Of a stretch of 64,000 nt of DNA, positions 41,825-57,744 are shown one piece after another (the first letter of the stretch is position 1; the number at the start of each line of letters is the position of its first letter). The position numbers and the translations under genes are program-made. The notes under the pieces are model-generated. The model saw only the letters and a program-made list of their open reading frames with translations. It ran no database searches and was not told where the DNA came from. This DNA comes from Octopus vulgaris (taxonomy: Eukaryota). The stretch covers positions 2,480,001 through 2,544,000 of the forward strand of contig OX597836.1 of assembly GCA_951406725.2 (NCBI GenBank). Reading direction: 5' to 3'.

Positions 41825-42056
41825 TTCTTTTCTACTCTAGGCACAAAGCCCGAAATTTTAGTGGAGGAGGCCAGTCGATTAGAAGCCCCCCAGTACGCAA
41901 CTGGTATTTATTTTTCGACACTAACCCTGACCCTTAATTTATCGACCCCGAAAGGATGAAAGGCAATGTCGACCTCGAACTCAGAACGTAAAGACAGACG
42001 AAATACCGCTAAGAATTTCGCCCGATCAGCTAACGTATCTTCCTGGTCACCGCCTT
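41825..42056 (-). mobile_element. Family D (Nin-domain) SINE
   Basis: tttatcgaccccgaaaggatgaaaggcaa.gtcgacctc...gacgaaataccgctaag...cgcctt. Confidence 0.85.
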
Positions 42057-42095
42057 AAAATATTATAATAACGAAACATATAAACCCCGCCCGAC

Positions 42096-42169
42096 GGCAC
42101 ACAAGAGAATCGAACCCACATCTCATATATATTCGAGATGAGTGTGCTAACCAATTACTCCAACTACCC
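42096..42169 (-). pseudogene. tRNA-like pseudogene or isolated SINE head
   Basis: A box TGGAGTAATTGG, anticodon-like stem CTCAT/ATGAG with an expanded loop, and B box GGTTCGATTC; the acceptor stem does not pair. Confidence 0.55.
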
Positions 42170-42352
42170 ACCTAGTTTTTTTGTTAGAGCTATAAACTAG
42201 TATTGTTTTTGCAAACATATTTGAGTCTTCGGCATTTACTACAGAAATGGTAACGAAGGATAATTCTGTATATAATATTTACTATAGGCTCAAAGATTAT
42301 TGGCTATCTTATGTAGTGGCTAAAGGAAAGGGTCTAACAGCGGATTATGTAT

Positions 42353-42485
42353 ACAGTAGGTCCTCGGTTTTCCAACAACTCTGATCACGAATAAATCGTA
42401 CTTTATCTCCTTTCTCATATTCATTTAACACAGTAGCACCTCGGTTTACGAACGTCTCTGATTACAAAGGAATTGTACTTTATAT
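42353..42485 (+). repeat. Two direct ~55-nt copies of a Tigger/pogo-like terminal sequence
   Basis: cagtaggtcctcggttt...ctctgatcacga...gtacttta and cagtagcacctcggttt...ctctgattaca...gtacttta. Confidence 0.55.
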
Positions 42486-42508
42486 CTATCTATCATCTAT
42501 CTATCTCT

Positions 42509-42579
<71 letters not shown>

Positions 42580-42795
42580 ACACACACAGACACAGAAGAA
42601 TATATATATATATATATATAAAGACACAGTCAAAGACTGACAGATAGATAGATAGATTGATTGATATATAGATAGATTGTCTCTGACGTGTGTCTGTGTG
42701 CTACGTATATTTATGTGAGTTTCTGCGTGAGTTGGTGACAGTTTTTGTTAGTTTATTTCGTGATTATAAGAATAAGTGCAACAATTCTTTCTGAA

Positions 42796-43048
42796 AACGC
42801 AGCAGAATGTGGGAATCAGATGTTTGCACTATGTGCACATAGCTGTATTAAGATGTCAGCCAGTGAATGAATCTATGAGCGAGCGAGAGAGAGAGAAAGC
42901 GTGCGTGTGTGCGTGTGTTATCTCCGTGGTTGTGTTGTAAGCTATTCATTTCAATACGCATGATGTAAGATGACTTTATCATCCCATCCATCGCCCTTTC
43001 ATCTACTGAAACTATTACTTCTAGAGATAAACATATATAGATTCTACC
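42796..43048. promoter_or_regulatory. Promoter/enhancer-like element, paralogous to 36561-36835
   Basis: Same four conserved blocks in the same order and orientation; TGATGTAA replaces TGACGTAA. Confidence 0.4.
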
Positions 43049-43310
43049 TATTTACACACTTCCCTACTCTCCACACACACTCTCTCTCTTTTTCTCTCTC
43101 TCAATTACTGAATAATCTCTCTCTATCTTTTCCTGCTTTTTTCTCTTCTCAACCGCACACATTTCACATTTTCTCTCCCGTAATTTTCCCTCTCAAACTG
43201 TATCACAATCTCTCTCTACATATCTCTCCCTCTATGTATGTATGTATGTATGTACGTACGTATGTATGTATGTATAAATGTATGTATATACATATATATA
43301 TATATATATA

Positions 43311-43358
<48 letters not shown>

Positions 43359-43797
43359 TATATATGCATATATATGTATATATACGTTACGTATATGTCA
43401 TTCTCCATCTCCTCTTTCAGTATAATGCAATAAGTAGTGGCGGATAAGACAAAATATTCCATTATCTTGTGTTAGCTTCGAAGCCCTTTTAAGCTTTGAT
43501 TAAACACTGTCATGATCAAAGTGATGCCACATCTTTTTAGAGTTATATAAAACTATGACATCGAATTTCCCCTGACCATGTTTAAAAGAGTAACCCATGA
43601 TTTGGAGGTAAATTGGTTGCTAATTCAACTAGTTCAAAGACCAAGCAATGCCTCTGCGGTTGGTTTGCCTTGTTATTTTATTAATGCATCGGAGGATGAA
43701 GACTGCTGATGGTATTGTTGCTCTTCGTGGCCTTATTAATCATTGCTACTGCACATCACAGTATTGTGTTAACTGTCCTCTTAGAAGACTATAAATA

Positions 43798-43876
<79 letters not shown>

Positions 43877-43946
43877 TATGTGTGTGTTTATGTATATATG
43901 TATGTATGTATATACATATATATGTATGTATATATATATATATGTA

Positions 43947-43985
<39 letters not shown>

Positions 43986-44195
43986 TACAGACGTATATAT
44001 GTATGAGTTAGTATGTGTATGGATGTATATGTGTGTGGGTTTGCACATGGCTTACTGAGTAGAGAGTTGGACTGAAGATCGTAAGACTGTGGTTTCGATT
44101 CTTGGACCATGCGACGCGTTGTCTTAGTCTTCACACACACACACACATACATATGTATATATGTATATATCTGCACACAGACAAATATATGTTAG

Positions 44196-44229
<34 letters not shown>

Positions 44230-44265
44230 CATTCAGTTTATTCCAGTATTTCTGGTCAATAGATG

Positions 44266-44311
<46 letters not shown>

Positions 44312-45097
44312 GTATGTATGTATGTATGTCATTCGTTTTCAATATTTCCAATAGGAAGAACCGTTTTCTATTAAAAATCCTTCATTGGAATTTCAACATC
44401 AACAACGGGGTATTGTTGCCTTGTTTGAATGCATACATGTCTGCATGTATGTATGTATGTGTATGTATATTTCTGTTTTATGTATATAGTCTCATGCATA
44501 TAGCTACATATCTAGACAAGCTTGTATGAATTCAAATGATAAACCTCTGAAAAGTGTTACAGATTTTTACAGTTCCAATGATGGATTTGATCTGTTGTCT
44601 TCAAATTAGGTTTCTCCTTTCTGGTTTGAGAAACCTAATTTCTCAAGATTGGTATTTAGAGAGTGTGTTACATATACCAGGGTCCCAATGTATGTATGTA
44701 TGTATGTATGTATATATGAGCGTATTTATTAGCCAATTGAACACAATTCACAAGCATTCAAATACTACTGTAATGGTTGGATATACTAAATATATTACGA
44801 GATAATAATTCACACGTAGAAAGGTCTGTATAGTTGATATATATATATATATACATAAAGTAAAATAAGCCCTATGTATTTACATGTGCTAGCTTACAGA
44901 TGTTTACACAATATCAGACATAATTTAAGACAATCATATTCTCTCTTCCAATTGGAAGATATCGGCAATTCCTCAGATCGATAATGATTTCTCTTGTGAA
45001 TATTAGAAACGAAATCTTAGAAGATGTCCAATAATTGCAAAAGTATTACTATTGTTATTATTATTTTTATTATTATTATTATTATTACTATTATTAC

Positions 45098-45134
<37 letters not shown>

Positions 45135-45349
45135 GGATTGACTGTTATTATCATCTTCATCATCATCATCATTATCACCATCAACAACACCACCACCACC
45201 ATCATCATATTCATCTCATCATCATCACCACCACCATCACTACCACCATCGTCGTCATCATCATCATCACTACCATCATCATAATTACTGTTAATACTGC
45301 TATTGTCGTGACTTTAATCATCCTTATGTAGAACATTTGTAAATCATAC

Positions 45350-45460
45350 CTGTAATTTCCTTGGTCCCTCTTGCGACAATAAGAAATTTCATAATATTTT
45401 TTTAGTACTGTTTTCCGCTTTATCCGTACATTACTTTGTCGTAGAGTTCCCAATCCGTTG
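45350..45460 (-). pseudogene. Copy 2 candidate Cys-rich region pseudo-exon
   Basis: CAG|GTATGA donor. *CTDKAEN...NFLLSQEGPR is positionally equivalent to copy 1 7510-7654. Confidence 0.3.
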
Positions 45461-46132
45461 TTGATTAATTTATAATTATAAATTACTATCAAATAAAGAG
45501 TTATTCCTTTATTTCTATTTTCTTATTGTTTACGTAAATAAATTCTCATCCATATCGTATGCACACATGCACATACACACACACACACGCACAAACAGAC
45601 ACACAGACACACACGTATATATGCATATAAATATGTAGACAAATAGATGTTATATATAGATGGATAAATGATATATAGATGTACAGATAGAATAATTATA
45701 TTTACATATACACTGGCGGTGCCCCAGTATGGCCACAACCTCAAGGCTGAAACATATAAAATAATAAAAAATAAGAGATATTGTGTATATATGTATATAT
45801 GTGTGTGTCTGTGTGTACTGTTTTTACTTCAAATTTTTCAACTTTTTATAAATTTCTACTAATATTTGATGAAATACATCAAAACCGGTAATAATAATAT
45901 TTTTATTTATATAATCTTTTATTAAATTCTCTCTTAAATTGAAATGACTTTAACTTAATTCTGTGCTATTTCCATCTCCATCTTTCATGTATATACGACA
46001 AGAAATAATATTTGTCTCCTTTATATATATATATTGATAGAAATGGTAAGACAACAAAAGAATGAAAGAGATATTATGTAAATAGAGGAATTTATCTGTA
46101 AATATAATATGTGACAATTATTCAATAGCCAA

Positions 46133-46193
46133 GATAAAACTCAGAGTTTCGGATGCCGAGGTGGAAATCCACACCACCACCTCTTCAGTTACC
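46133..46193 (-). ncRNA. Type I hammerhead motif within a Penelope-like repeat
   Basis: GGTAA-CTGAAGA-(stem II with GTGGA/TCCAC hairpin)-GAAAC-TCTGA-GTT-TTATC. Confidence 0.55.
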
Positions 46194-46830
46194 CGGTCAT
46201 CGGAAAAAATGCTATGAAAATGACCGTTAAACAAAGGGAAATTACTGTTTGATTAAACTACAACCTACAGACTAGATAAGCCACGAACTACAAACACTGC
46301 GCACAATGCAAGCACTAATATAACCAAAGACAGCACAACACTCCATTGAAAATAGAAACTAACGCAAAACAATACAGGGGAGAGTTTGCACAATCCCAAC
46401 GACAGAAAAGGACAAACAATGTTCTACGTACCCCAGCAACTCAGAAGTGTAACAGGTGATGCAGTATAAATTTGCCTAAAACCATATTTTGAACAGTGAT
46501 AATAAAAATAATATTTTCTCTTCTAGGCACAAAGCCTGAACTTTAAGGGGCGGGCCAAGTTGATTTCATCGACCCCGAAGAGATGAATACAAAATGTTAC
46601 AAGCATATTTCCAGACAGAATACATTAGCAAATACGACAATTTTTCCAGCATACAGACATACTCTAAGCTATTTCATTACACAAATGCAACGAAAGCAGT
46701 GGTCACACACCAGATATTGCGACTAAAGGCACCCAGGGAGAGACATACAATTTTAATTGACATTTCAGTTAAACAAGACAGCCAGCAGGCACCTTATTAT
46801 GGTTATATGATCATTTATCGCTTTTTATAC

Positions 46831-46975
46831 GTCTCAGGTTTTCTTCCTCTCTTTGGTACAATGTCGCACCCGAAACATCAAACTCCCTTCCGGGTCTTTC
46901 TTCTCCGACTTTTATCCATTCACATTTATACGCATTTCAGAGGCGAACTTTCGTTTCGATGAATCAGCACACTGA
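46831..46975 (-). pseudogene. Copy 2 pseudo-exon (LPGQxYD equivalent)
   Basis: gcag acceptor. QCADS.../YKCEWIKVGEERPGREFDVSGATLYQR resembles NCL...LPGQ.YDAD.QC. Confidence 0.45.
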
Positions 46976-47063
46976 CTGCTTATTTCTCTCCCATTTGTCT
47001 TATAATTTCAATCGTGATATTTGTTATTTTCCTTACACACATACATACCTATGTACCTATACA

Positions 47064-47123
<60 letters not shown>

Positions 47124-47755
47124 CTTATATGTGTTGGTGTGTGTAGACAGATCTACTGTTGTTGCCGTTTTCATGTTGCTATTGGTATTACTTTTGCAGA
47201 TATTCTTTAGCTTCGGGGCATCTCTACTTGAGTTGAACTATGATCAAATACTTTCCATCTTCCGGTATCTCTCTGTTATCTGGAATATTATATCCAAGAC
47301 TACGTTATCACGTTTTTCGTATTTTTGTTTCTTTTGTTTTTTTTTGTTTTTTTTTTCAAAAGAAAAAAAAAGATAATTGTGTTTGGAGTAAGATTTAGTT
47401 TTTATTTGTAACATGTCAAGCGACAATTTGGTGAATTCGACTCGCTTCAAAGATTCAAAGTGCTGGCCGTCAAAGAAACCAGGGTAAAGTTACAGCCATT
47501 ATAGTCTTCAGTGTATGTAACAGATATAAAAGATGTGATCCACTTCATACAGAACGAATCCTTTATGAAATTCTATGGAGAACAACATATATGTACACAC
47601 ACACACAGACAGACACACACAGACACAGACACACATATATGCATGTACGTAAGTATAAAGAGAAACGTTGAAAGTGAAAAGGAGAGAGATGGAGCCAAAA
47701 GAGTAAGCGGACGAGCTATAAAACTCTCCCGTGGACTGGGGTTCATTGTCTTGAC

Positions 47756-47895
47756 CTTAAAGAATCGAATTTATTAGATCAACTTGCGTCAGTTGGTGTC
47801 TATGGTGGAACCATGAATCGGATGATATGCTCGCCATGTAGAATTTGCGCACTGCGATGATTTATATTCATGCTTACCAATTAACGAACATGCCC
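47756..47895 (-). pseudogene. Copy 2 pseudo-exon (LGMxHD...Met-turn equivalent)
   Basis: tcttcag acceptor (phase 2). GMFVN...RKFYMASISSDSWF; FYMAS matches the Met-turn F/YIMA. Confidence 0.45.
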
Positions 47896-48391
47896 CTGAA
47901 GAGTTTCATCGAAAGTTTTAAGGAGAACTTCTGAAATTCAATCATAGAATAACCTATTGGTAATAAGATTATCCTCATAACTCTAGAATTCCTTAGTTAC
48001 CAATGCTGTGAGTCTTTGATGTTAGTTGCATTACTACGTTGAATTCTACGGCTACGCTATTGTCTTGAATTATCTGTGAGCGATACATTCTTCATCAAAT
48101 ATCTATACACAACTGTGACTTTCCGATACACACACAACATAATAAAAACAAATTTTGGCATATTACTGTATGTCGTATGTATGTTTGTATGCATGCATGT
48201 ACGCATGTACATATATACACACACATATATATACATATATAGTCATATATTATAAACATATATATTATATATATAGATACATATATACATATATACATAT
48301 ATATATATGTCTACATTTGCATGGATGTTTGTATGTATGATGTTTGTATGCATCTCTGTATATATCTATCTATCTATATATATGTAAATGT

Positions 48392-48477
<86 letters not shown>

Positions 48478-48978
48478 TGCAAACATATATATGATAGATA
48501 TTTCGATTTTTTCTTTTCGTCTTTTGTTTTTTTTTTTCAAAAACCCAGGATATACAGTATTGAATTTACGTCCATAAGGTTCGTAGCCTCAGTTCTTCTG
48601 TGTCTTACTGACTGATAGGAAACAGCTAAATGTACACACACAGAAGGAGTATTATAATACACAAGAAAGCGATAATCGATTATCTGGAATTATCTCAGAA
48701 TCAATTCAGTCGCAGAAAGGACTTTTGAAAATATTTTATTCTATCATATTTTCGGTGAGTTGAAAGGAATAATAAAATAATATATATAATAAAAAAAAAG
48801 AAGAAAAAAAAGCTTTCGTAAGCAGTCGGCCATTTCTGTTTCATCAAAGCGAAATGGAATATGGAAACTTGTTTGAGAGAAGTTACGATATTATGCCTCC
48901 GTTACGAACAAAGCCGGACTTCTGACAATGAAGGAATTTTTTTATGCGATAGTATAAGTTGTTAGAAATAGTAGTTAC

Positions 48979-49111
48979 TTTCCTCAAACCACGGTCTACT
49001 ACTACTACTAATGGATATGGTACTTCGAATTTACTAATTGCTTTACAAGCGAATACATAACAGTTGAAGGTGTAACTTGCATGATAATGCGTATGCTCCA
49101 GTAGGTCTGAC
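48979..49111 (-). pseudogene. Copy 2 pseudo-exon (YDL..AGYAY..SIVE..HELGH equivalent, zinc motif lost)
   Basis: ccccag acceptor (phase 2) and AAA|GTAACT donor. SDLLEHTHYHASYTFNCYVFACKAISKFEVPYPLVVVVDRGLRK. Confidence 0.5.
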
Positions 49112-49279
49112 CTGGGGCTAAACAACCGTAACAACAGCAACGACGTCAATGACAACAACAACAGCTAGTAATTCTTAACGAATGTTTGAAGAAGTGTCAT
49201 TGTGATTGTTTTGACCTACTAGAAGTAATAGTCAATCATCCCTCATATCACACCTTATCATCTTAGTATAAACCGATCC

Positions 49280-49946
49280 TCGATTGGATCGGATTGCCTA
49301 TGATGAGTCTCTGTTGCAAGACGTAGTACTCAGCATGTTCTCTCCGTCAGAGAATGAAAGAATGGTTTGAAGAACCTATTCTGTCACTCTCGCTCGACAT
49401 AGCTTGGCAGAGGGGTGCAGTTTTCACCCAGGAGTAATTAAGCTAATGACATCCACCCCAGTGCAGAACCAATATAAGCTTCTGTATATTAATGAGTTTT
49501 GCTTTATAACGCAAATCAATGAGCAATTTCATATATAAAACACATTTCTGTTCAGTGATAGGTACATGTTGATTGGAGGCAGAGACGGCGAATTTCATTA
49601 TGCAACCATGTTTTACTGCAAAACGAATTAAAGGTGTATTAATCAATACTGTGTCCAACATATGTTGGCTATGCTATTTATAGAAACTAGAGCCACCACT
49701 TGACGTTTCGACGCTTCATTTGATAAAAAAATAATTCTGTAGAGATAGCATTTTAAAGTGGTGGTCATTGTTAGCACGTCAAAGCGGCACTTAGATGTAT
49801 CCGACGCTGCTATACTTAGGCGAGATATCTCTCATTTGTTGGCGATTGAAGGTAACACTCTTCTTTTGACGAATTAAAAGACTTCAAAAATTCGGTAATA
49901 CGAAACACGACTTCCATATGTGTGGTTCTTTTCAGTGTTTTCAAAT
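49280..49946 (-). pseudogene. Copy 2 large pseudo-exon: furin-like site and N-terminal half of the protease domain
   Basis: tatgtag acceptor. SKRQV, LDTVLIN, YMKLLIDLRYKAKLINIQKLILV-CTGVDVI...WVKT; IDLRYK (49503-49520) matches the NG(M/I/V)DLRY motif of molluscan M12B proteases. Confidence 0.6.
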
Positions 49947-50254
49947 CTACATAACCAGTATTTAGGAACCAAACCAAAGCCATTTCTACGTTGTTGACAT
50001 TAATATTGTTTTACTAATCAATACAAAACTGTAATATAATTACTGATGTTATTATCGATATAATAAGGAGAATAGTATTATTATCATTAAAATATTCATT
50101 ATATTTCCTTTCCCAAATAATAATTCAAATACGCTTTCCATTCCAACTATTTCTCTGTATGTTCATTCCTGACTATTTTTCCTCGGCTATGCTTTTTACT
50201 ACGAACATTCAGATAGGTAGATAGTATATATTTATCTATATCTATATATATGGG

Positions 50255-50356
<102 letters not shown>

Positions 50357-50604
50357 TATAAATATATGTACTTATACACATACATACATGCTTGTAATGA
50401 AATTTTTTTGTATAATACACTTTTGGCATTGTTAGAATTTCTGCAGTCTGCGTTTTTTCTCTGAATATTAGGTTTTCTTCCGTTATTAATATGATATTCA
50501 ATGGCATTAATTCACCAAATAATCCACAATGTCCAGCGATACTTTTTTAAATAAAGATTTATATTATACTTCATACAATTTGCTTTACAAACGCATATTT
50601 ATAT

Positions 50605-50635
<31 letters not shown>

Positions 50636-50666
50636 CATAGACATACATAGACATATACATATATTA

Positions 50667-50718
<52 letters not shown>

Positions 50719-50855
50719 CCATTCAAACATACGTGTACATATGTATGTATATATATATATATGTATCTATATATATATATTTGTATGGATATATATACAT
50801 ATGTATACATATAAATATACATATTTGTATATATATATATATATATATATATGTA

Positions 50856-51066
<211 letters not shown>

Positions 51067-51416
51067 CTAGAGCTTTTTTTTCCCCGTTTTTTTTTTTCTT
51101 TTTGTCCAATCATAATGTTCCTACCGTTTATACTGATGTTGTCATTATTATCTTTTTTTTTTTTTCTTTTACATTTATTTATCATTTTTATGTTACTATT
51201 GTTTCGAAATACTATATAACTGTCGTCTGGTTTCATTCATTCTATCAAGTCTGGTTTTCTTAGCGTGAATTTTCACTGATAATTCACTAAACAATACACA
51301 CCATACAGCAGAATCATATGAATGTATTTTTGTCAACACTACGAAATCATGTATGAATTACACACGCGTATATATATGTGTATTTCTCTTTCTGCATATA
51401 CATGTATATATATGCA

Positions 51417-51474
<58 letters not shown>

Positions 51475-51514
51475 TTTGTATGGATGTATATACATATATA
51501 CATATACATATACA

Positions 51515-51656
<142 letters not shown>

Positions 51657-52191
51657 TATCATAAATTCGTTCTATCATTTTCTGTTTTACATCTCCTCAT
51701 TTGCTTGTCCTACACAAGTCGCCCACGTCCCTACTTCCCGATATTATAGCTTCCTGTTTTCAATTTAACGTTTCATTGTCTGTATTTGAGCGTCTATGTG
51801 TGTCGTGTGAAAGTTAATGCTTCGCTGTAAATGTATATCTGTTGGCATACGAGGATATGTACTTATTATATTTTAGTTCTTTTTTGTACCAATAATATTT
51901 CTGTGGTATGTCAATTGTATAAAAACTTTGTCATGTTATGAAATTTCTGAGTAATAAAGAACAGGCAGTACAACCCGTAATAAGTATTTTTTTTTTACAG
52001 AATTTCATTATAAATATATTGTATAAATAAGTATATTCATATATGTATATGTGTGTGTGTATGTAAATATATGTATGTGCGCGGGGGTGGTATATACGCA
52101 CACAAATGCTCAACTCTCACAAGAACACGTATATGCAGATGCAGTTTTCAATATGATCACGGAGCGCATATTATGTGTGCATGTATGTATG

Positions 52192-52227
<36 letters not shown>

Positions 52228-52256
52228 CTCACACACACACACACATATATATATAT

Positions 52257-52339
<83 letters not shown>

Positions 52340-52432
52340 CATACATATATATATATGTATGTATAAGAATATACATGTGAATGCATACATATATACATAC
52401 AAGCAGAACATGAGTATACAGTAACATATTAC

Positions 52433-52668
52433 ATGCAGTCTTTTATCGTGTGTGACCGCGTTTCGTTGGTTTTCCGTTCATCTCCTTCCATCTCGTGTCA
52501 TGGTCTCTCTCCATCCGTAGTTCTTTTCTTTATCTTGATCGATGTTTATAGATGTTTTCCGTGTAAATGTGGATGTGTAAAGCGTATTTTTGAAATGTGT
52601 CATTTTGGAAATATTCATGTTTAGAAGTGTATCCGTGTAATGTACAAAATATTTGCGTATGGAAGTGG
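52433..52668 (-). pseudogene. Copy 2 prodomain pseudo-exon
   Basis: ggcag acceptor and CAT|GTAATA donor. HEYFQNDTFQKYALHIHIYTEN is paralogous to 20597-20883. Confidence 0.5.
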
Positions 52669-52782
52669 CTGCCAATACAGTCATAAGAGGATAATTGAGA
52701 AAAAGAGCGATAGAGGGAGAAGACGAAGAAGTATGTCTGTGCCATTTGGATTTAAACAGTTTTTACATTATTTTTCACTGCG

Positions 52783-52930
52783 CAGGCATAAATGTGTAGT
52801 GAAATGTTTGTTTCTCAAAATACATGGATCAAGGTTCAATCCCACATCTTGGCAAATTTGATATAGCCTCCGATATAGTAGAAGCCTTGTGAGTGGATTT
52901 GGTAGAAGGAAACTGAAAGAAGCCTGTCGG
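52783..52930 (+). mobile_element. Family C SINE, 5' half
   Basis: ggttcaatcccac...aagccttgtgagtggatttggtagaaggaaactgaaagaagcctgtcg. Confidence 0.8.
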
Positions 52931-52977
52931 ATATATATATATATATATACACGCACACACATATATATATATATATG

Positions 52978-53183
52978 TATTTCTTTATTGCCCACAAGGA
53001 GCTAAACACAGATGGGACAAACAAGGACAGACAAAGGGATTAAGTCGATTACATCGACCCCAGTGCGTAACTGGTACTTAATTTATCGACCCCGAAAGGA
53101 TGAAAGGCAAAGTCGACCTCGGCATAATTTGAACTCGAAACATAACGGCAGACGAAATACGGCTACGCATTTCGCCCGGCGTG
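52978..53183 (-). mobile_element. Family D (Nin-domain) SINE, young copy
   Basis: Near-identical to 6575-6750 and extends into the head cgccgggcgaaatgcgtagccgtatttcg. Confidence 0.9.
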
Positions 53184-53196
53184 TGTGTGTGTGTGC

Positions 53197-53269
<73 letters not shown>

Positions 53270-53314
53270 CACAGGAACATAGATATATGTGTGCGTATAT
53301 TTATGTTATCCATC

Positions 53315-53500
53315 AGCTCTTGACAACTAACTGGTCCAGATGTCTTTACGTCACCGTAACTTAGCGGAAGGGCAAGGAACAGCGATAAAATAAATATCAT
53401 GCTTTAAAAGACAAGTACTATGGTTGAGTAATTTTACTGAATATTCTCAAAAAAGTTGCCCCAGCATAGCCGCAGTCTAATACTCGATACAAATAAAAGG
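53315..53500 (+). mobile_element. Decayed family C SINE, 3' half
   Basis: tttacgtcaccgtaacttagcgg...gccccagcatagccgcagtctaat. Confidence 0.7.
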
Positions 53501-53839
53501 TAAATTATCAAAATGTACACATATGTATCTGGAAATGCGTGTGTTTTTATGTGTGTGTATCTGTGAGTGAGTGTGTGTGTGTGTAAAAGGCTTCACCCGT
53601 ATTTGAGTGCGTTTTTACATGCGTTCGTTTGTGTTAGATGGACAGAGAGATACAAACAAAGAAGAGCGGTGAGTTATGGCGACTGATTCGTTCTAAATTC
53701 TATTAGTTACCATTTTGACTGTGTCTCTACAAGAACTACGGACGCCAAGTGTCTCTATGTGATCACGTATATAAATATATGCCATGTGTTTTAGAAAAGA
53801 GGAAGGAAGAGAGAGGAGATGGAGATTGTGGATGAGCGA

Positions 53840-53950
53840 TGCATAGGGCTGTCGTTTGTTTTATACAACGTCATGCATTTGCTGTTTCGAGTGATTGTGT
53901 ATGATCGAGGCAAACTTGCAGATGTGTATGAGCACGCACAGAGCAGAGGG
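53840..53950 (-). pseudogene. Copy 2 candidate prodomain pseudo-exon
   Basis: SASLPRSYTITRNSKCMTLYKTNDSP is positionally equivalent to 23003-23166; boundaries are unclear. Confidence 0.25.
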
Positions 53951-54056
53951 GAAGACAATATGGAGAGATACATGGAAAGAAAGATTGATAGAAATCCGAC
54001 GGAACGCGAGATAAAAATATTGATTATTTTCCGTGTATCTTTGAACAGGATAGACA

Positions 54057-54089
<33 letters not shown>

Positions 54090-54093
<4 letters not shown>

Positions 54094-54230
54094 GTTATCT
54101 CACTTTACGAGGAAGAACTTTGAGTGGCACCATGTTTACGAGCTTTTACTAGCTTCATTTTCTGTTTACGAGTTTTCGCTTGACGAGCGTTCTCAAGGAA
54201 CGAATTTATTCGTATGTTGAGGCATTACTG
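54090..54230. mobile_element. Tigger/pogo-like MITE
   Basis: Imperfect ~21-bp TIRs cagtgttatctcactttacga and tcgtatgttgaggcattactg; TA at the right flank. Confidence 0.7.
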
Positions 54231-54255
54231 TATATATATATATATATGTATGTAT

Positions 54256-54460
54256 AAAGTTAATCCAAACAAGAAAACACAAAAAAACACAACAACGCGA
54301 GGACGTGGAAAAAATATAGTATTATTGGACGCTCAGGAATGAAGGGAAGAAGGAGGGACTAACGTTTCGAGCGGAGCTCTTCGTCGGAAACATAGGAGAA
54401 GGAAAGATCCAGAGAAGGGAAGACGGAGGGAAAAAATCGCCAACAGTACACACGAGGTCA
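54256..54460 (+). mobile_element. Penelope-like dispersed repeat containing a variant hammerhead motif on the minus strand
   Basis: Homologous to 543-655. The minus strand reads GTTT-CCGACGA-AGAGC-tcc-GCTC-GAAACGTT (about 54355-54393). Confidence 0.75.
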
Positions 54461-54717
54461 AGTGCGAATATACATTTACATACACATACAGATACAAATA
54501 TATATATATGATATATATAGATATATAAATACATGATAAATTTCTGAGCGAGATCCATTTCACGATTATAAATGCATAATTTTCTTTTAAATATATAAAG
54601 AACATGAATATTCGTTCGAGATATTAATGTTAGTGGCCGCAATCGCCCATGTTAAGAATAATTCTCATAAATACCCATCTCTCTCCCTCTCTCTATCTAT
54701 CTCTCTTTATCTCTCTA

Positions 54718-54787
<70 letters not shown>

Positions 54788-54922
54788 CGTGTATATATAT
54801 ATATATATATACATGCATATATATACACACACACGCAAACGCATATATACATACGTATATGTACTTATACGTATACATACACATACATCTATGTGTGTGA
54901 ATGGATATGTTGATATGCTTAG

Positions 54923-54959
<37 letters not shown>

Positions 54960-55054
54960 TATATATACACACATATATATATATATATATACATATATAC
55001 ACACACATGCTTACAATGAATGACGGAGTTTGAGAAAGAGAGAGATAGATCGAC

Positions 55055-55098
<44 letters not shown>

Positions 55099-55320
55099 GA
55101 GCATAAGAGAGACGCAAAAGATATCGTCTGCTTCATTCAATATCTTGTATACGTCTGTCGTTATTAATGTAATACATAAAGAATATTATAACGGAACAGT
55201 ATTTCTTAGCGATACATTTTTGTAGATAAGCAATAAATAAACAAAGTATGGAGATAATGATTGATGTGATAACAAATCTGATTATTTCTCTCCCAAAATC
55301 TCTCGTATTTTAGCGTTTAC

Positions 55321-55460
55321 CTGACATTCCATACAAATCGGTTTCGTAAACACGGCGATGGTGTTTCTTTGGAATAGCTCTTGGGTGAATGATTTGTTCT
55401 TCATTTTTAATATTGATGTTGTTGTTGATCTTATTTTTTTCTTCTTGTTGTCAATCGTTT
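55321..55460 (-). pseudogene. Copy 2 candidate N-terminal pseudo-exon
   Basis: CAG|GTAAAC donor. EEQIIHPRAIPKKHHRRVYETDLYGMS. Confidence 0.35.
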
Positions 55461-55479
55461 TCTTGTGGATATTGGTGTT

Positions 55480-57085
<1,606 letters not shown>

Positions 57086-57341
57086 GACAATGTTGATGCA
57101 TATTCGTCTCGATGACAAGAAGCTCTATTGTTTAAGAGATTGTAAAGATGTCATTTCTTTTTTTTTAATATATCCATTTCATGAATGAGTGAAAATTCTT
57201 GATAAATATGATTTAGTACCGGTAGACATCTGTGGGTAGTCATTTTAATTATGTCATACTCTGGCAGGCACTGACGCTCGCTTTTATAGGCCTTACAAGA
57301 AGCGCATCCACATATCTGTGGACAAGTACGTTTGAATTTAT

Positions 57342-57418
<77 letters not shown>

Positions 57419-57524
57419 GTGTGTTTGTATCCATATATTGACATATATACATTAATACGCTTGCACACTCTAATAATTATGGGCTCGTTTGTGTGTGTCT
57501 GTGTGTTTATACAGCACAGTGATA

Positions 57525-57579
<55 letters not shown>

Positions 57580-57580
57580 C

Positions 57581-57611
<31 letters not shown>

Positions 57612-57616
57612 CATAC

Positions 57617-57744
<128 letters not shown>

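Noticed and set aside
42096-42169. Functional tRNA gene
   Set aside because: The acceptor stem is unpaired and the anticodon loop is enlarged.
44603-44641. 14-bp perfect hairpin (aaattaggtttctc / gagaaacctaattt) as a pre-miRNA or terminator
   Set aside because: The stem is too short for a pre-miRNA, it appears to lie in a repeat relic, and intrinsic terminators do not apply to this eukaryotic DNA.
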